DNA from: an uncultured delta proteobacterium
GTDB lineage: Bacteria > Desulfobacterota > Desulfobacteria > Desulfobacterales > Desulfosalsimonadaceae
DNA: 64,000 bases
Direction of reading: 5' to 3'
Assembly: GCA_963826785.1 (NCBI GenBank)
Contig: CAWGYD010000008.1
Location: 224,001-288,000 of the forward strand
A program made the position numbers and the translations under genes. This document shows positions 1 to 9,978 of the stretch, piece by piece (the stretch's first letter is position 1; every line of letters starts with the position of its first letter). Under the pieces are notes generated by a model. It had not been told where the DNA came from. It saw nothing but the letters and a program-made list of their open reading frames with translations, and did not search any database.

Positions 1-7
1 GGTATTT

Positions 8-700
8 TTGACCATCCTCAATATCGCCGCCGGCGGGCATGATATCGGCTTCTCGCAGGTGGCGGCCCTTTTTGCCCGGGAAACCCTGGGGGGAATCGCT
101 TTCGGCCTGGCCAGCGGGTACGTGGTCTTTCTCATGCTGCGCAGGATCGACAACTACCAGGTGGAAGTTCTGCTCACCCTGGCCCTGGTCATGGGCGGAT
201 ATGCACTGGCCGGTGCGCTTCACCTGTCGGGCCCCATCGCCACGGTGGTGGCCGGGCTGCTCATCGGCAATCACGGGCGGATACTGGGCATGTCTGAAAA
301 AACGCGGCAGAACCTGGATATGTTCTGGGAACTGGTGGATGAAATTTTAAACGCGGTGCTGTTCGTGCTCATCGGTCTTGAAATTCTGCTCATTCCCATG
401 GACCCCAAACTGTTCTGGACCGGACTGGCCATGATTCCCACGGTTCTTGCGGCACGGTTTCTCTCGGTGTCCATTCCCATAACGGCGATGCGGTTTCGCC
501 GCCGTTTTCCCCGCGGTGTCATCCCGATCCTCACCTGGACCGGGCTCCGGGGCGGAATTTCAGTGGCCCTGGCCCTGTCGCTTCCCGCAAGCGCCTCCCG
601 GGACATCATCATCAGCATCACCTACATCATCGTTATTTTTTCCATTCTGGTCCAGGGCCTGACCTGCGGGAAGCTGATCCGGGCGCAAAGCCGGAAATGA
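8..700 (+). CDS. Na+/H+ antiporter, CPA1/NhaP family (5'-truncated by window edge)
   Basis: Hydrophobic ORF with CPA1 motifs HLSGPIATVVAG, LFVLIG, GLRGGISVALALSLP and SILVQGLT. Confidence 0.9.
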   Translation: MTILNIAAGGHDIGFSQVAALFARETLGGIAFGLASGYVVFLMLRRIDNYQVEVLLTLALVMGGYALAGALHLSGPIATVVAGLLIGNHGRILGMSEKTRQNLDMFWELVDEILNAVLFVLIGLEILLIPMDPKLFWTGLAMIPTVLAARFLSVSIPITAMRFRRRFPRGVIPILTWTGLRGGISVALALSLPASASRDIIISITYIIVIFSILVQGLTCGKLIRAQSRK

Positions 701-715
701 TGTCTTTTTGTACGG

Positions 716-1095
716 ACACCCCCCTGCCCCCCTCGAGGGGGGAATTGGTTTGGGGCATGCGCCTGAACAGACTACCTACCTCGTGACCATCCACAAATGG
801 CTAATTTGCCCAATTTCTGCGTCAGGCTCAAATTTTAATCCTCAAAATACCTTGAGTATTCCTGCGGTTAAAATTTTCGCCTTCCTTGAACTCGAACAAA
901 TTATCTCATTCGTGGATGGACACTACCTCGTATTATTTCCCATTACGGGGCTTCATTGACAATTGGCGATTGGCGATTGTTTTTTTTCGCATTTTTCAAT
1001 TGTGAATTGTGCATTTGTCTGATTTTCCAGGCTAATCAACGCTCATAGTGACAAGAGTTTACAATTCCCCCCTCGAGGGGGGCGAAGGGGGGTGT
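716..1095. repeat. Inverted pair of ACACCCCCCT..CCCCCCTCGAGGGGGGAATT palindromic units (716-746 and 1063-1095), REPIN/MITE-like
   Basis: The two ~31-bp units are near-perfect reverse complements; the same unit recurs at six or more other intergenic sites. Confidence 0.8.
783..923. mobile_element. 141-bp MITE-like element with TIRs and a 6-bp target-site duplication
   Basis: Ends GTGACCATCCACAAAT / ATTCGTGGATGGACAC (14/16 inverted match, extendable to ~26 bp), flanked by TACCTC at 777-782 and 924-929; no ORF of note. Confidence 0.75.
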
Positions 1096-1142
1096 TGAAG
1101 CTGTCGGGCGGGCGGATATCGACTGGCTTTTCTGGACCCAAA

Positions 1143-1733
1143 CTACAGAATATCAATGATCCTTCTCTGGAAACCGGTGAGCACCTCGGCGATATCGACG
1201 GCTTCCGGATCGAGGATAATTGAAAAAAGCGACATTCCTTCCAGGAAGGCCACAATGGCCATACTGATGCGGTTTGCCTGGGCCGGGTCCCGGGTCACCC
1301 GGATTAAAATGGCCGAGAGCACTTCCATCCATTCCGCATAGGCCCGCTGCAGCCGCTGCCGGACAACCGGATTGTAGGCGGCGATTTCCCAGATTTCGAT
1401 AAACACCTTCGACAGCTGCCGGTTGAGCGTGATCCGGTCATTCATGAAGTCAAAAAAAGACCCGATCAGCTGCTTTTCATCGATTTCATCCACGTCTTTG
1501 CCGTTGAGCCACTCTTCGAACATGGACCGGTAATGCAGGATCGCGTAATCGATATAATTGATCAGGATGTCTTCCTTGCTCTTGAAGTAATAATGGAGCA
1601 ATCCGTGGTTGACGCCCGCGACCCGGGCGATGTCCTTGATGGAGGTCTTGTTGAAGGGTTTTTCCTGGAGGCATTCGTTTAATGCATCCAGTATGCGGAT
1701 TCGTTTTTCTTCCTGACCATTGTTGCGGGCCAT
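1143..1733 (-). CDS. TetR/AcrR family transcriptional regulator
   Basis: N-terminal HTH TSIKDIARVAGVNHGLLHYYFKSKEDIL; start set at MARNNG. Confidence 0.92.
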   Translation of the reverse strand: MARNNGQEEKRIRILDALNECLQEKPFNKTSIKDIARVAGVNHGLLHYYFKSKEDILINYIDYAILHYRSMFEEWLNGKDVDEIDEKQLIGSFFDFMNDRITLNRQLSKVFIEIWEIAAYNPVVRQRLQRAYAEWMEVLSAILIRVTRDPAQANRISMAIVAFLEGMSLFSIILDPEAVDIAEVLTGFQRRIIDIL

Positions 1734-1854
1734 TTCTTTATCCCTTATATTTAAATTCTTTCGATTCTTCAGCAGGCATAAACCCGGGATTCCAGTTGAC
1801 CGGGCATGCAAAGGGACGGATCATCTCAAACTGAAACCGGATTGTAAAAATAAA

Positions 1855-1900
1855 TTGACAAAGCGTTCTGCTTTTCTTATTTAGTTAGTTAACTAACTAA
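1855..1900 (+). promoter_or_regulatory. Sigma70-like promoter (TTGACA-N17-TATTTA) overlapped by a perfect 20-bp palindrome, the probable TetR operator
   Basis: TTGACA at 1855-1860; TTAGTTAGTTAACTAACTAA at 1881-1900, between the divergent tetR and the oxidoreductase gene. Confidence 0.7.
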
Positions 1901-1951
1901 TATCATCTTTTCAAATGCCCGTCAATCCCAATTTCCTTCAGGAGGTGCGCC

Positions 1952-3290
1952 ATGTCCGATTATCGACAGAAAAGCTGGTGGCTTGAATCCCTTCCCCGAG
2001 AAATCACCCCCAACCCGCCCCTGACCGGCCGCGAAAAGGCGGATGTGGTCATCATCGGCGGCGGATACACCGGACTTTCCACCGGATATCATTTAAAGCA
2101 GTTCAAGCCCGATATGGATGTCCGCCTGATCGAGTCCGATGTCTGCGGATACGGTGCCTCCGGCCGGAACGGCGGTTTCTCCATGACCCTGTTCGGACTG
2201 ACCAAGGGGATCACCAAGTTCCGGTTCAACGACGAAAAGGCGAGATCCGCGCACGTGTACATGGAAAATGCGGTGGATTATCTTCATGACGTCATCACCC
2301 AAAATCACATCGACTGTGATTACGAAAGGAGCGGCTACCTGCTGGTGGGGACCAGCCCCAGCCAGGTCAAGCGGGTGGAGCATGATTTTCACATCATGGA
2401 GAAATGGGGGCTCGGCGGGGTGGAGCGATGGGACCGGGCGCGGCTGGCCGAAGAGTTCAACACCGATTTTTACCAGCTGGGCTGGTTCGAGCCCCGCTGC
2501 GGCATCCTCAACCCCGCCCGGCTGGCCCGGGGCTTGAAAGAACCTGGCCGAAAACCAGGGGGTGATCGTTTACGAGAATTCCCCGGTGAAAAGCTTCGGC
2601 CGAAAAGGCGCCGCCGGGTCCGGATTCATCGTAAAGACCGAGACAGGCGAAATCCATGCGGAATACCTGGTGCTGGCCACCAATGCCTACTCCATCCTGT
2701 TTCCGGATTTAAAAAAGCTCCAGTATCCGGCATTCACCCACATTGTCATGTCTGATCCCCTGACAGACGCACAGTACGATTCCATCGGCTGGAAGAACCG
2801 GGCCGGCATCGAGGATGCCCGGGATCTGATCCATTATTACCGGCTCACTGCGGACAACCGCATCGTCATGGGCGGGGGGGACGTTTCCTTCGGCTACGGC
2901 GCAGACCTTGACAGGGACTTGAACGATGATATATTTGCCCACCTGAAGAAACATGTCACCGACGTTTTCCCGCAGCTGGAGGGGATCGGTTTTACTCACC
3001 AGTGGGGCGGCCCCGTTTCCGTGACCATGGACATGGCGCCGGTGATCGGGTATCTTGGATCGGATAAAAAGGCCGTTTTCTCCATGGGATGTATCGGCCA
3101 TGGCGTGTCCATGACCACCATGAACGGCCGCACCATCGCCGAGATGATCACCGGCCGGCAGACCGAACGCACGGAGATGTTCTTTGTGGGCCGCAAAATT
3201 TTCTCCTGGCCCCCCGAACTGATCACCTATGGCCTGGCCCACGCCATCCGGGGGTTTATGAAGATGGAAGACCGCTTTATTTACAAATAA
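1952..3290 (+). CDS. FAD-dependent oxidoreductase (DAO/PuuB-OrdL-like), split by a one-base frameshift near 2537-2539
   Basis: GGGYTG, GASGRNGG, LNPARLARGL in frame 1; LATNAY, WGGPV, GHGV in frame 2; removing one A from AAA fuses the two frames. Confidence 0.85.
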
Positions 3291-3304
3291 GGAAGCATCG
3301 ATCC

Positions 3305-4273
3305 ATGATTATCGATATACACACCCATTTGGGAGATATTTTAAACCCCGGCGGTGGAAAGCTCATCGATCAGACCGGCGTCCGGAAGAAAATTCTCTAT
3401 GACGTGATTTCCAATTCCGAACTGCTGCTGCACAGCGGCTTTCCCAGGCTGATCGAAGAACAGATCTACTATAAACTCTATCCGCTGGTGACCCGGGCAT
3501 CCCGGGCCCGGAATGCCACCGCCACCCTTGAGAACATGCGGACATCCCTAGATGAGGCGGAGGTGACTTTTTCCGCCTGCATGCCCATCCCGCCCTACTT
3601 GACCTTTGCGGATCTGAAAGCCGCACGGGAGAAAGAACCCCGCATCATTGCTTTCACGGGGATCGATTACACCGCTGACTACGATATCGAATCCGCGTTG
3701 AGCGATGATGTCGCAAACGGCGCCCGCGGACTGAAGCTGCACCCCATCATTCAAAAAATGCCCCTAAACAGTGAAAAAACCTTCGAGGCCGTGGAAGCGT
3801 TTGCCGTTTATGGGCTGCCGGTGCTGTTTCACTGCGGGGTCTCCTCCTATTATCTCGAGCCGGAAAAACAGGCCCGGGAAGATGCAAGCCTGGGCGAAAT
3901 TCATTATGCCCGGGAACTGGTGGCGGCCTTTCCGGATGTGACCTTTATCGCCGGACATGCCGGGTTGTTTAAATATCGGGATGTGATCAAGATGCTCAGC
4001 CCCTATAAAAACGTCATGGTGGACACATCCGTTCAGTCCCCGGCCCACGTGCAGTTACTGATCAAAGCCTTCGGTCCGGATCGGGTGCTGTACGGTTCGG
4101 ACTGGCCCTACGGCAACCGGCTGCCGGCCATCAAGATCATCAAAAAAGCCTGCAAAGGGGATGCGTCTCTGGAAAAAATGATATTTTTCGATAACGCCGC
4201 TTCCATTCTGGGGCCGGAATATGTCAATGAGGCTTTAGCAGAAGTCAACGCACATACGGCGGCTCGCAGCTGA
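3305..4273 (+). CDS. Amidohydrolase_2 family metallo-hydrolase
   Basis: MIIDIHTH, GLKLHP, VLFHCG, AGHAG and VLYGSDWP motifs. Confidence 0.88.
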   Translation: MIIDIHTHLGDILNPGGGKLIDQTGVRKKILYDVISNSELLLHSGFPRLIEEQIYYKLYPLVTRASRARNATATLENMRTSLDEAEVTFSACMPIPPYLTFADLKAAREKEPRIIAFTGIDYTADYDIESALSDDVANGARGLKLHPIIQKMPLNSEKTFEAVEAFAVYGLPVLFHCGVSSYYLEPEKQAREDASLGEIHYARELVAAFPDVTFIAGHAGLFKYRDVIKMLSPYKNVMVDTSVQSPAHVQLLIKAFGPDRVLYGSDWPYGNRLPAIKIIKKACKGDASLEKMIFFDNAASILGPEYVNEALAEVNAHTAARS

Positions 4274-4289
4274 CCAGCCGCCCGGGGCT

Positions 4290-5597
4290 TTACCGCCGGG
4301 TGTCGGACCGGGTGATGCCGGCCCGGGGGAACAGGACAAACACCAGCACCACCTGGATGGCGAGTCCGATCATCACCAGTATCATGCCGGACAGGTATGC
4401 GGACCGGTAGGCCATCACTTCCCCGGATCCCCGGCTGAGCATGAAATCCACAATGGGCCCTGAAATCAGGGTGCCGGCCAGGCCCCAGGAGAGAAACAGG
4501 GTGGCGTTGAACAGACCGAACAGCTGGCCCCGGCGCTCGGGGGGGATCAGGATGGAAGCCAGGGCATAGGAGGCCGCCAGGATAATCACATCGGCCGCAC
4601 CCCAGAACAGGCTTCCCACGAAAATCAGCGTCAGATGAGTGGCAAAGGCGTACAGGAGCAGATAAATCATCGCCATCAGACCGCCCAGGCACACCGCACG
4701 GCCGTTGCCCATCCACCTGCCGATCCTTCCGGCCAGCAGTCCGAACACGATCAGTGCAGCAGACGAAGTATTGAAAATGTAGCTCAGCATCCGGCTGGAG
4801 ACCCCGAAACCCGAATCCAGCACCAGGTACTGGGACTGGATGATCATGACGCCGTTTCGTCCGAAATTGATAAAGACCATGGCCGCCAGGAACACCCAGT
4901 ACAGGCGCAGGGAAGCGGCCTGGCACGCGGCATCGCAATCCCGGCGGTCCATCTCTTCCGCCCGCACCCCGCCTTCGGGAAGATAGCGGATGGGGATGAT
5001 GGAGACCAGCATGACCGCGGCGGCGATGAAAAACAGGATGCCCGAGTGAAACCCCCAGCCCTCGTACATCTTCCCCATCCCGTCATAGAGCAGCCCCCCG
5101 ATCCAGATGCCCGCCAGCCGCCCCAGACCGCCGATGGACGTCAGATACCCCATGACCGTGTTCCGCCGCGCTTCGGGAAACACATCGGATATCATGGCGC
5201 TCCAGCCGATATTGCTCATGGACCAGAACACTTCCGTTACCGACAATCCGATGATAATCGAAAACCCGGACAGATGCGGGCTTTTGATCAGCACATGGAC
5301 AAACCAGATCAACACCGTCCCGATGGCCCCTGAAATCTCCCCCCACAGGATCAGCGTCCGCCGCAGCTGCTTCCGGTCGGAAAACCGCCCCCAGATGAGA
5401 TTCTGGGCGGCAATGTTGCAAATCATGGGAAGGGTGGCGAACAGGGTGGTTTCGGTGACCGAAAGCCCCAGGAAATATCGCAGATATATGGACAGATAGG
5501 CATAGAACAGGCCCCGCCGGAACATGGCCAGGGCCTGAAAAGAGCCGATCCCCCACAGGACTTTGGTGGCGGGGAGGATAAAGGGTCGGGGTGTCAT
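4290..5597 (-). CDS. MFS transporter
   Basis: About 12 hydrophobic segments; GRFSDRKQLRR motif A; ATG overlaps the stop of the upstream gene. Confidence 0.88.
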   Translation of the reverse strand: MTPRPFILPATKVLWGIGSFQALAMFRRGLFYAYLSIYLRYFLGLSVTETTLFATLPMICNIAAQNLIWGRFSDRKQLRRTLILWGEISGAIGTVLIWFVHVLIKSPHLSGFSIIIGLSVTEVFWSMSNIGWSAMISDVFPEARRNTVMGYLTSIGGLGRLAGIWIGGLLYDGMGKMYEGWGFHSGILFFIAAAVMLVSIIPIRYLPEGGVRAEEMDRRDCDAACQAASLRLYWVFLAAMVFINFGRNGVMIIQSQYLVLDSGFGVSSRMLSYIFNTSSAALIVFGLLAGRIGRWMGNGRAVCLGGLMAMIYLLLYAFATHLTLIFVGSLFWGAADVIILAASYALASILIPPERRGQLFGLFNATLFLSWGLAGTLISGPIVDFMLSRGSGEVMAYRSAYLSGMILVMIGLAIQVVLVFVLFPRAGITRSDTRR

Positions 5598-6748
5598 TTG
5601 ACCGTCACGGTTTCCGGTAATCGCCGGGTCAGGATGTCGGCGGCTTCTTCCACCATTTCGGCCACAATCTGCGCGGCCGGTTTGATTTCGCTGATCATGC
5701 CGGCCACCTGCCCGGAGAACGGGCCGATATATTCCTCGTGGTTGGCCCGGCTGAACATCTCCACCATGGCCGAGGCCAGCATCACCTGGACCGGGAAAGG
5801 CAGCGGCTCCAGGCCCGATTTGTCCCACAGGTCATGAAACTGGTTGTAGATGGCCCGGGAGGTCTTCCCGGTGTACAGATAGGTCCTGCGGGTATCTTCA
5901 TCCGTTGCCTTTAAAATCGCCTTTTTCTGGACATCCATGGCGCCGCCCTCATTGGAGGCGAGGAATCGGGTTCCCACCCACACCCCGGCGCAGCCGATGG
6001 CCAGTGCAGCGGCCAGACCCCGGCCGTCTCCGATGCCGCCGGCGGCCAGGACCGGCACCGGCGTGGCCGCATCCACCGCCTGGGGCCACAGGGCCACGGA
6101 GCCGACCCGGCCGGTATGCCCGCCGCCCTCGTACCCCTGGGCCACCACCAGGTCCACCCCGGACCGGGCAATCCGCCGAACGTTCTTGGTGTTGCCGGCA
6201 ATTCCCAATACTTTCATGCCCGCCGCATGGGCTTCATCCACCATGAACCCGGGATTGCCCAGACCCGAACAGAACAGGGGCACCTTGTGCTCGATGCACG
6301 CTTTCACCGCGGCATGGGGCCGCATGGTGGTAATCTTTAAGCCCACCATCAAGTCGATGTCCGGCAGCCCCATCTCCTCCTTTGTCTTCATCATCCATTC
6401 GTAATGGGCTTTGGGGAGCGTTTTTAACAGATCGGCAAGGGGCATCTCGTCCGGGCCGTCGGCCGACGCATCGCCTGCGCTCACGATCTGTTCCGGCAGA
6501 AGCAGGTCCACGCCGAAGGGCTTGTCCGTGAGCTTCCGGATTTCCCGGATGGCATCGACGGTTTCGTCCACCGAGTATCCGGCAGCGCCCAGCACGCCCA
6601 GCCCCCCGGCTTCGGAAACGGCCACCACCAGTTCCACCGGCGCCCCGGTCTTCTCCCCCACCAGGCTCGGCCCCATCCCCGCACTCAGGATCGGATATTC
6701 GATCCCCAGCATGTCGCACAGCTTTGTCTTCAGTGTTCGTTTGCCCAT
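5594..6748 (-). CDS. Nitronate monooxygenase / FabK-like FMN oxidoreductase
   Basis: LGIEYPILSAGM, AVSEAGGLG, QGYEGGGHTG, LAAGGIGDGRG, GTRF. Confidence 0.9.
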   Translation of the reverse strand: MGKRTLKTKLCDMLGIEYPILSAGMGPSLVGEKTGAPVELVVAVSEAGGLGVLGAAGYSVDETVDAIREIRKLTDKPFGVDLLLPEQIVSAGDASADGPDEMPLADLLKTLPKAHYEWMMKTKEEMGLPDIDLMVGLKITTMRPHAAVKACIEHKVPLFCSGLGNPGFMVDEAHAAGMKVLGIAGNTKNVRRIARSGVDLVVAQGYEGGGHTGRVGSVALWPQAVDAATPVPVLAAGGIGDGRGLAAALAIGCAGVWVGTRFLASNEGGAMDVQKKAILKATDEDTRRTYLYTGKTSRAIYNQFHDLWDKSGLEPLPFPVQVMLASAMVEMFSRANHEEYIGPFSGQVAGMISEIKPAAQIVAEMVEEAADILTRRLPETVTVK

Positions 6749-6893
6749 GGGGCCCCTCCCTCGATACTCAAAAAGAATGATTGTTTATCCGCCGGATATG
6801 GGCGGCATGGTAAAAGCGGCCGGCTGCCGGTGAGCCCCCTGCCCTTCAGGGGGATTGGACCGCCGCGGCTTTCTCCGTACAGAATGTTTGAAA

Positions 6894-7154
6894 TCATCGA
6901 ATCCTTCTGACACGGCGGATCACCAGCCGGCTTTTCGGAATCGCCGGCATGCGGGATTGCCTGACCCTCAAATCCTGTTCGGGTATATCATAGGTCATCG
7001 AACGCGTCAGGCGTTTTACCCCGGTTTTCATTAACGCGATGGTGATCCACTCCCCTTCAATGAAACGATAGCCGTCCAAAAGGAAAAAAAGAGTGCTCTC
7101 CGGGCTGTTGTCCCGGGGCATGAAAGCCATAACGTCCCCCGTGAATGGATTCAA
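6894..7154 (-). CDS. Small hypothetical protein
   Basis: 86-aa ORF co-oriented directly behind the molbindin gene; no recognisable motif. Confidence 0.3.
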   Translation of the reverse strand: MNPFTGDVMAFMPRDNSPESTLFFLLDGYRFIEGEWITIALMKTGVKRLTRSMTYDIPEQDLRVRQSRMPAIPKSRLVIRRVRRIR

Positions 7155-7169
7155 CCAAATGGCGGGGCC

Positions 7170-7379
7170 CTAATCGACTGCGATCATCACGCTGGAGGCC
7201 TTGACCATGGCGTACACCTCCTTGCCGATTTCCAGCCCCAGCCGCTTGGCCGAGTTGATGGTGATGATGGATACCACTTTCTGGCCGTCGGGAAGCTCGA
7301 TTTCGATTTCCGAATTCACCGCGCCGGTGGTGATGCTGGCAATTTTCCCCCTGAGCATGTTCCGTGCACTGGTTTTCAT
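7170..7379 (-). CDS. mop: Molbindin / TOBE-domain molybdate-tungstate binding protein (Mop)
   Basis: MKTSARN..GAVNSEI..SIIT..S..LGL..G..VYAMVKASSV; strong AGGAGG RBS. Confidence 0.93.
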   Translation of the reverse strand: MKTSARNMLRGKIASITTGAVNSEIEIELPDGQKVVSIITINSAKRLGLEIGKEVYAMVKASSVMIAVD

Positions 7380-7567
7380 GAATCCCCTCCTTTCATTATT
7401 GTCGTTAGGTTATGGTAAAAAATGGTTTAGTTTTATCGAAATTGCAAACCCGAAAAAAAAGCGGCATCCCATCAGGTGATTTCCGAAACCGAATGCCGCT
7501 TGGTTCGATAACCCCGGGCGTTATGGTCCGGCAGGACATGATTCGACAGTTGCCGCTGACACCCGGA

Positions 7568-8809
7568 TCATCCGGACAGGATGTCATAATATACTTCCTG
7601 CACCCTGCCAAATGTCTTCGCCCAGGAAAAAGTCGCCATTTTATCTTCAACTGCCGATAAATCGATCTGCGGGTATCGGCAGGCGGCCTCCATTTGCGCC
7701 AGCAGCGCCTGCTTCAGATCCAGCGCAAACCGCTGCTCATCCTGCTCATAGGGCTGATCCACACGCCGAAGCCGCGGCATTTGAACCCATTGGACATAAT
7801 CGGTTTTGACATCGCCGAGAATTTCGATGATCCCGGGCAGGGCCGTGGCCACGATCCGGCATCCGGAAGCAAGCCCCTCCAGCACGACCAGGGGGAGACC
7901 TTCGTAAAAAGAAGGCAGCACGAATATGTGAGACTGCTTCATGATGGCCGCCAGCTCCGGCTGGGACAATGCGCCGTGGATGATCACCCGGCCGCCCAGC
8001 TGCCCGGCAAGCGCCAGGCAGTCGGCTTTTTCCTCCCCGCTGCCGCCCCCCACCAGGTGAAGCTGCCAGGCGGGCGAATCGATTTCAGACAATGCCCGCA
8101 ACAGCCAGGGCACACCCTTGGCCCTGCTCAGCTTGCCGGCATAGGTCAGCTGCACCGGTGCCGGCGCCGGCTTTGTACCCATGGAAAAAAGGACATCATT
8201 GTAACCTGCGCCCACGGTAAAAACAGCTTCCGGCGAAAAGCCGTAAAGCCTGACGATTTCTTCTTTCTGCTCCCGGCTCAATGCCATGACGGCATCGAGG
8301 CCTCGGCATCCGCTCAGCACCAGGTCCCGGAGATGCGGGCAGTTCCGGAACTGGCGCAGGTCCGAACCGTGGCAGGTGGCGGCCATGGGAATTTCGGGAA
8401 ACAACCGCCGGGCCAGGGAACTGACCACCCACAGATGATGGCTGTGGATGATATCGGGTTCAAATGCCGCCACCGCTTTCTTGAGCACCCGGTCGAAGGC
8501 CGTTTCATATTCCCGGAGTTCTTTTTCGGAAAGGTCGCAGAACCGTCCGCTGGAATAAGGCATGACATCGCTCATGCCGATGATGGGATAGGAAACATCG
8601 GCATGATGAAATTTCACGAACCGGCATTGGTCCTTTTCAATGCAGTCCAGTTCGGCGGCCCAGTCCGACTGAATGCCGGCCACCAGAAAATTTTGATGGC
8701 CGCATGCCGCCGCCTCCCTGAGCATGGCCTGGACATAAATGCCGGAGCCGGTGGAATCCGGCCGCTGGCTGAGCAAATGAAGTATCTTTAATTTTCGTTT
8801 ACGGTTCAC
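7568..8809 (-). CDS. Glycosyltransferase family 4
   Basis: PDIIHSHH, TCHGSD, YAGKLSRAKG, FVLPSFYEGLPLVVLEGLASG; start uncertain (GTG at 8809 chosen). Confidence 0.9.
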   Translation of the reverse strand: MNRKRKLKILHLLSQRPDSTGSGIYVQAMLREAAACGHQNFLVAGIQSDWAAELDCIEKDQCRFVKFHHADVSYPIIGMSDVMPYSSGRFCDLSEKELREYETAFDRVLKKAVAAFEPDIIHSHHLWVVSSLARRLFPEIPMAATCHGSDLRQFRNCPHLRDLVLSGCRGLDAVMALSREQKEEIVRLYGFSPEAVFTVGAGYNDVLFSMGTKPAPAPVQLTYAGKLSRAKGVPWLLRALSEIDSPAWQLHLVGGGSGEEKADCLALAGQLGGRVIIHGALSQPELAAIMKQSHIFVLPSFYEGLPLVVLEGLASGCRIVATALPGIIEILGDVKTDYVQWVQMPRLRRVDQPYEQDEQRFALDLKQALLAQMEAACRYPQIDLSAVEDKMATFSWAKTFGRVQEVYYDILSG

Positions 8810-9139
8810 TCTATTCGGCCTGCATACTTTCAGCAGATAAAGCCGAAAGCCCTGATTCATCTCACATGATAAGGTTAAAAAATCCGGAAATTCCCTCACT
8901 TCGGCCAATTTTTCAGATCAGGAAAATGCGCGGCTTATATGGGTCACCATATATGAACCCATGAACATTTGGCAAGCCATCGAAAAACATTTTCATGCCA
9001 GAATCATTTAAATCCAGGGAGCTTATCAATTTATATCATCAAAAATTTGACTCCTGTCACTCATATCACTAGATTATCATAATCTCAGATTCAGCTTTTA
9101 TAATGCTCTTAATATCATAAACCGGCCAGGAGGTGTGTA

Positions 9140-9679
9140 ATGCCGAAATCCCAGAAGCGTGTGCCTGAAATGATCGTGGATGTGCTTAGAAGCGGAAAGG
9201 AAATGGAGTTATCCGAAATCGCCGAATCCGTTTCAAAAATGTCCGACGCGGAAGTCAAATTTTCAAATATCGCCAATCATATGACCCGACTTTTCCACAA
9301 GACCGAAATCGGAAATTTCATCATCCGAAAACGGCCCCGGGACCGGTATGTCTACGCTCTGGCCAAGGGCGCACTCGGGCTGAATCCACAGCAGATTTAT
9401 GACCTGGTATGCGGGGTCGGAAAAAACAAACCGGCATTGCAAAAAGCCTTGAGGGCCAAACCGTCCCTGAAAAGATATCTCAAGGGCCAGGAGAATATGA
9501 TGAAGGCGGAAGCACCCGGGGCCAAAATGAAGGAACCGGCGAAGAAAAAAATGCATGCTGCCGAAGTGCTGACACCGGAAAAAAAGAATGGATCCGATTC
9601 CAACGGCTTGAACATCAACCTGCATGTAACGGTCCGTTTTCAGCCGGCCAGCCGGGAAAGCGCCTCCTTGCAGGGATAA
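9140..9679 (+). CDS. Basic hypothetical protein, possible winged-helix DNA-binding protein
   Basis: AGGAGG RBS; Lys/Arg-rich; helical N-terminal region followed by a YVY wing-like strand. Confidence 0.6.
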   Translation: MPKSQKRVPEMIVDVLRSGKEMELSEIAESVSKMSDAEVKFSNIANHMTRLFHKTEIGNFIIRKRPRDRYVYALAKGALGLNPQQIYDLVCGVGKNKPALQKALRAKPSLKRYLKGQENMMKAEAPGAKMKEPAKKKMHAAEVLTPEKKNGSDSNGLNINLHVTVRFQPASRESASLQG

Positions 9680-9978
9680 ACGCCCGGCGGATGCGCCCGT
9701 TCAGAAAGAAAACAACGCCTGTAAATGGCGATGCAGCTTTTTTTGTCCATACTCTGGCGGGCGCCGCCCGGCGCTCATGCTTTTCCGGCGCAGCAATAAT
9801 CTCTATCCCCGATTTTAAGAACCGGCCGCGGTGATTGACGGATCGGTTTCCCGCAGTTACTGTTTCGATTATATGCCTTGAAAGAATTTACTGCGAAATC
9901 CGAATGCATCCTTTTTTTCTGTTCCTTATAAAGATGCGCAGCGCGGTGGTGCACGATTATACAAAAGGGAGAATTTAC

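Noticed and set aside
708..959. Short ORFs with PPLRGG/PLKGG-type peptides (also 25138-25557, 39875-40309, 57215-57427)
   Set aside because: They are translations of the palindromic repeat family, not credible genes
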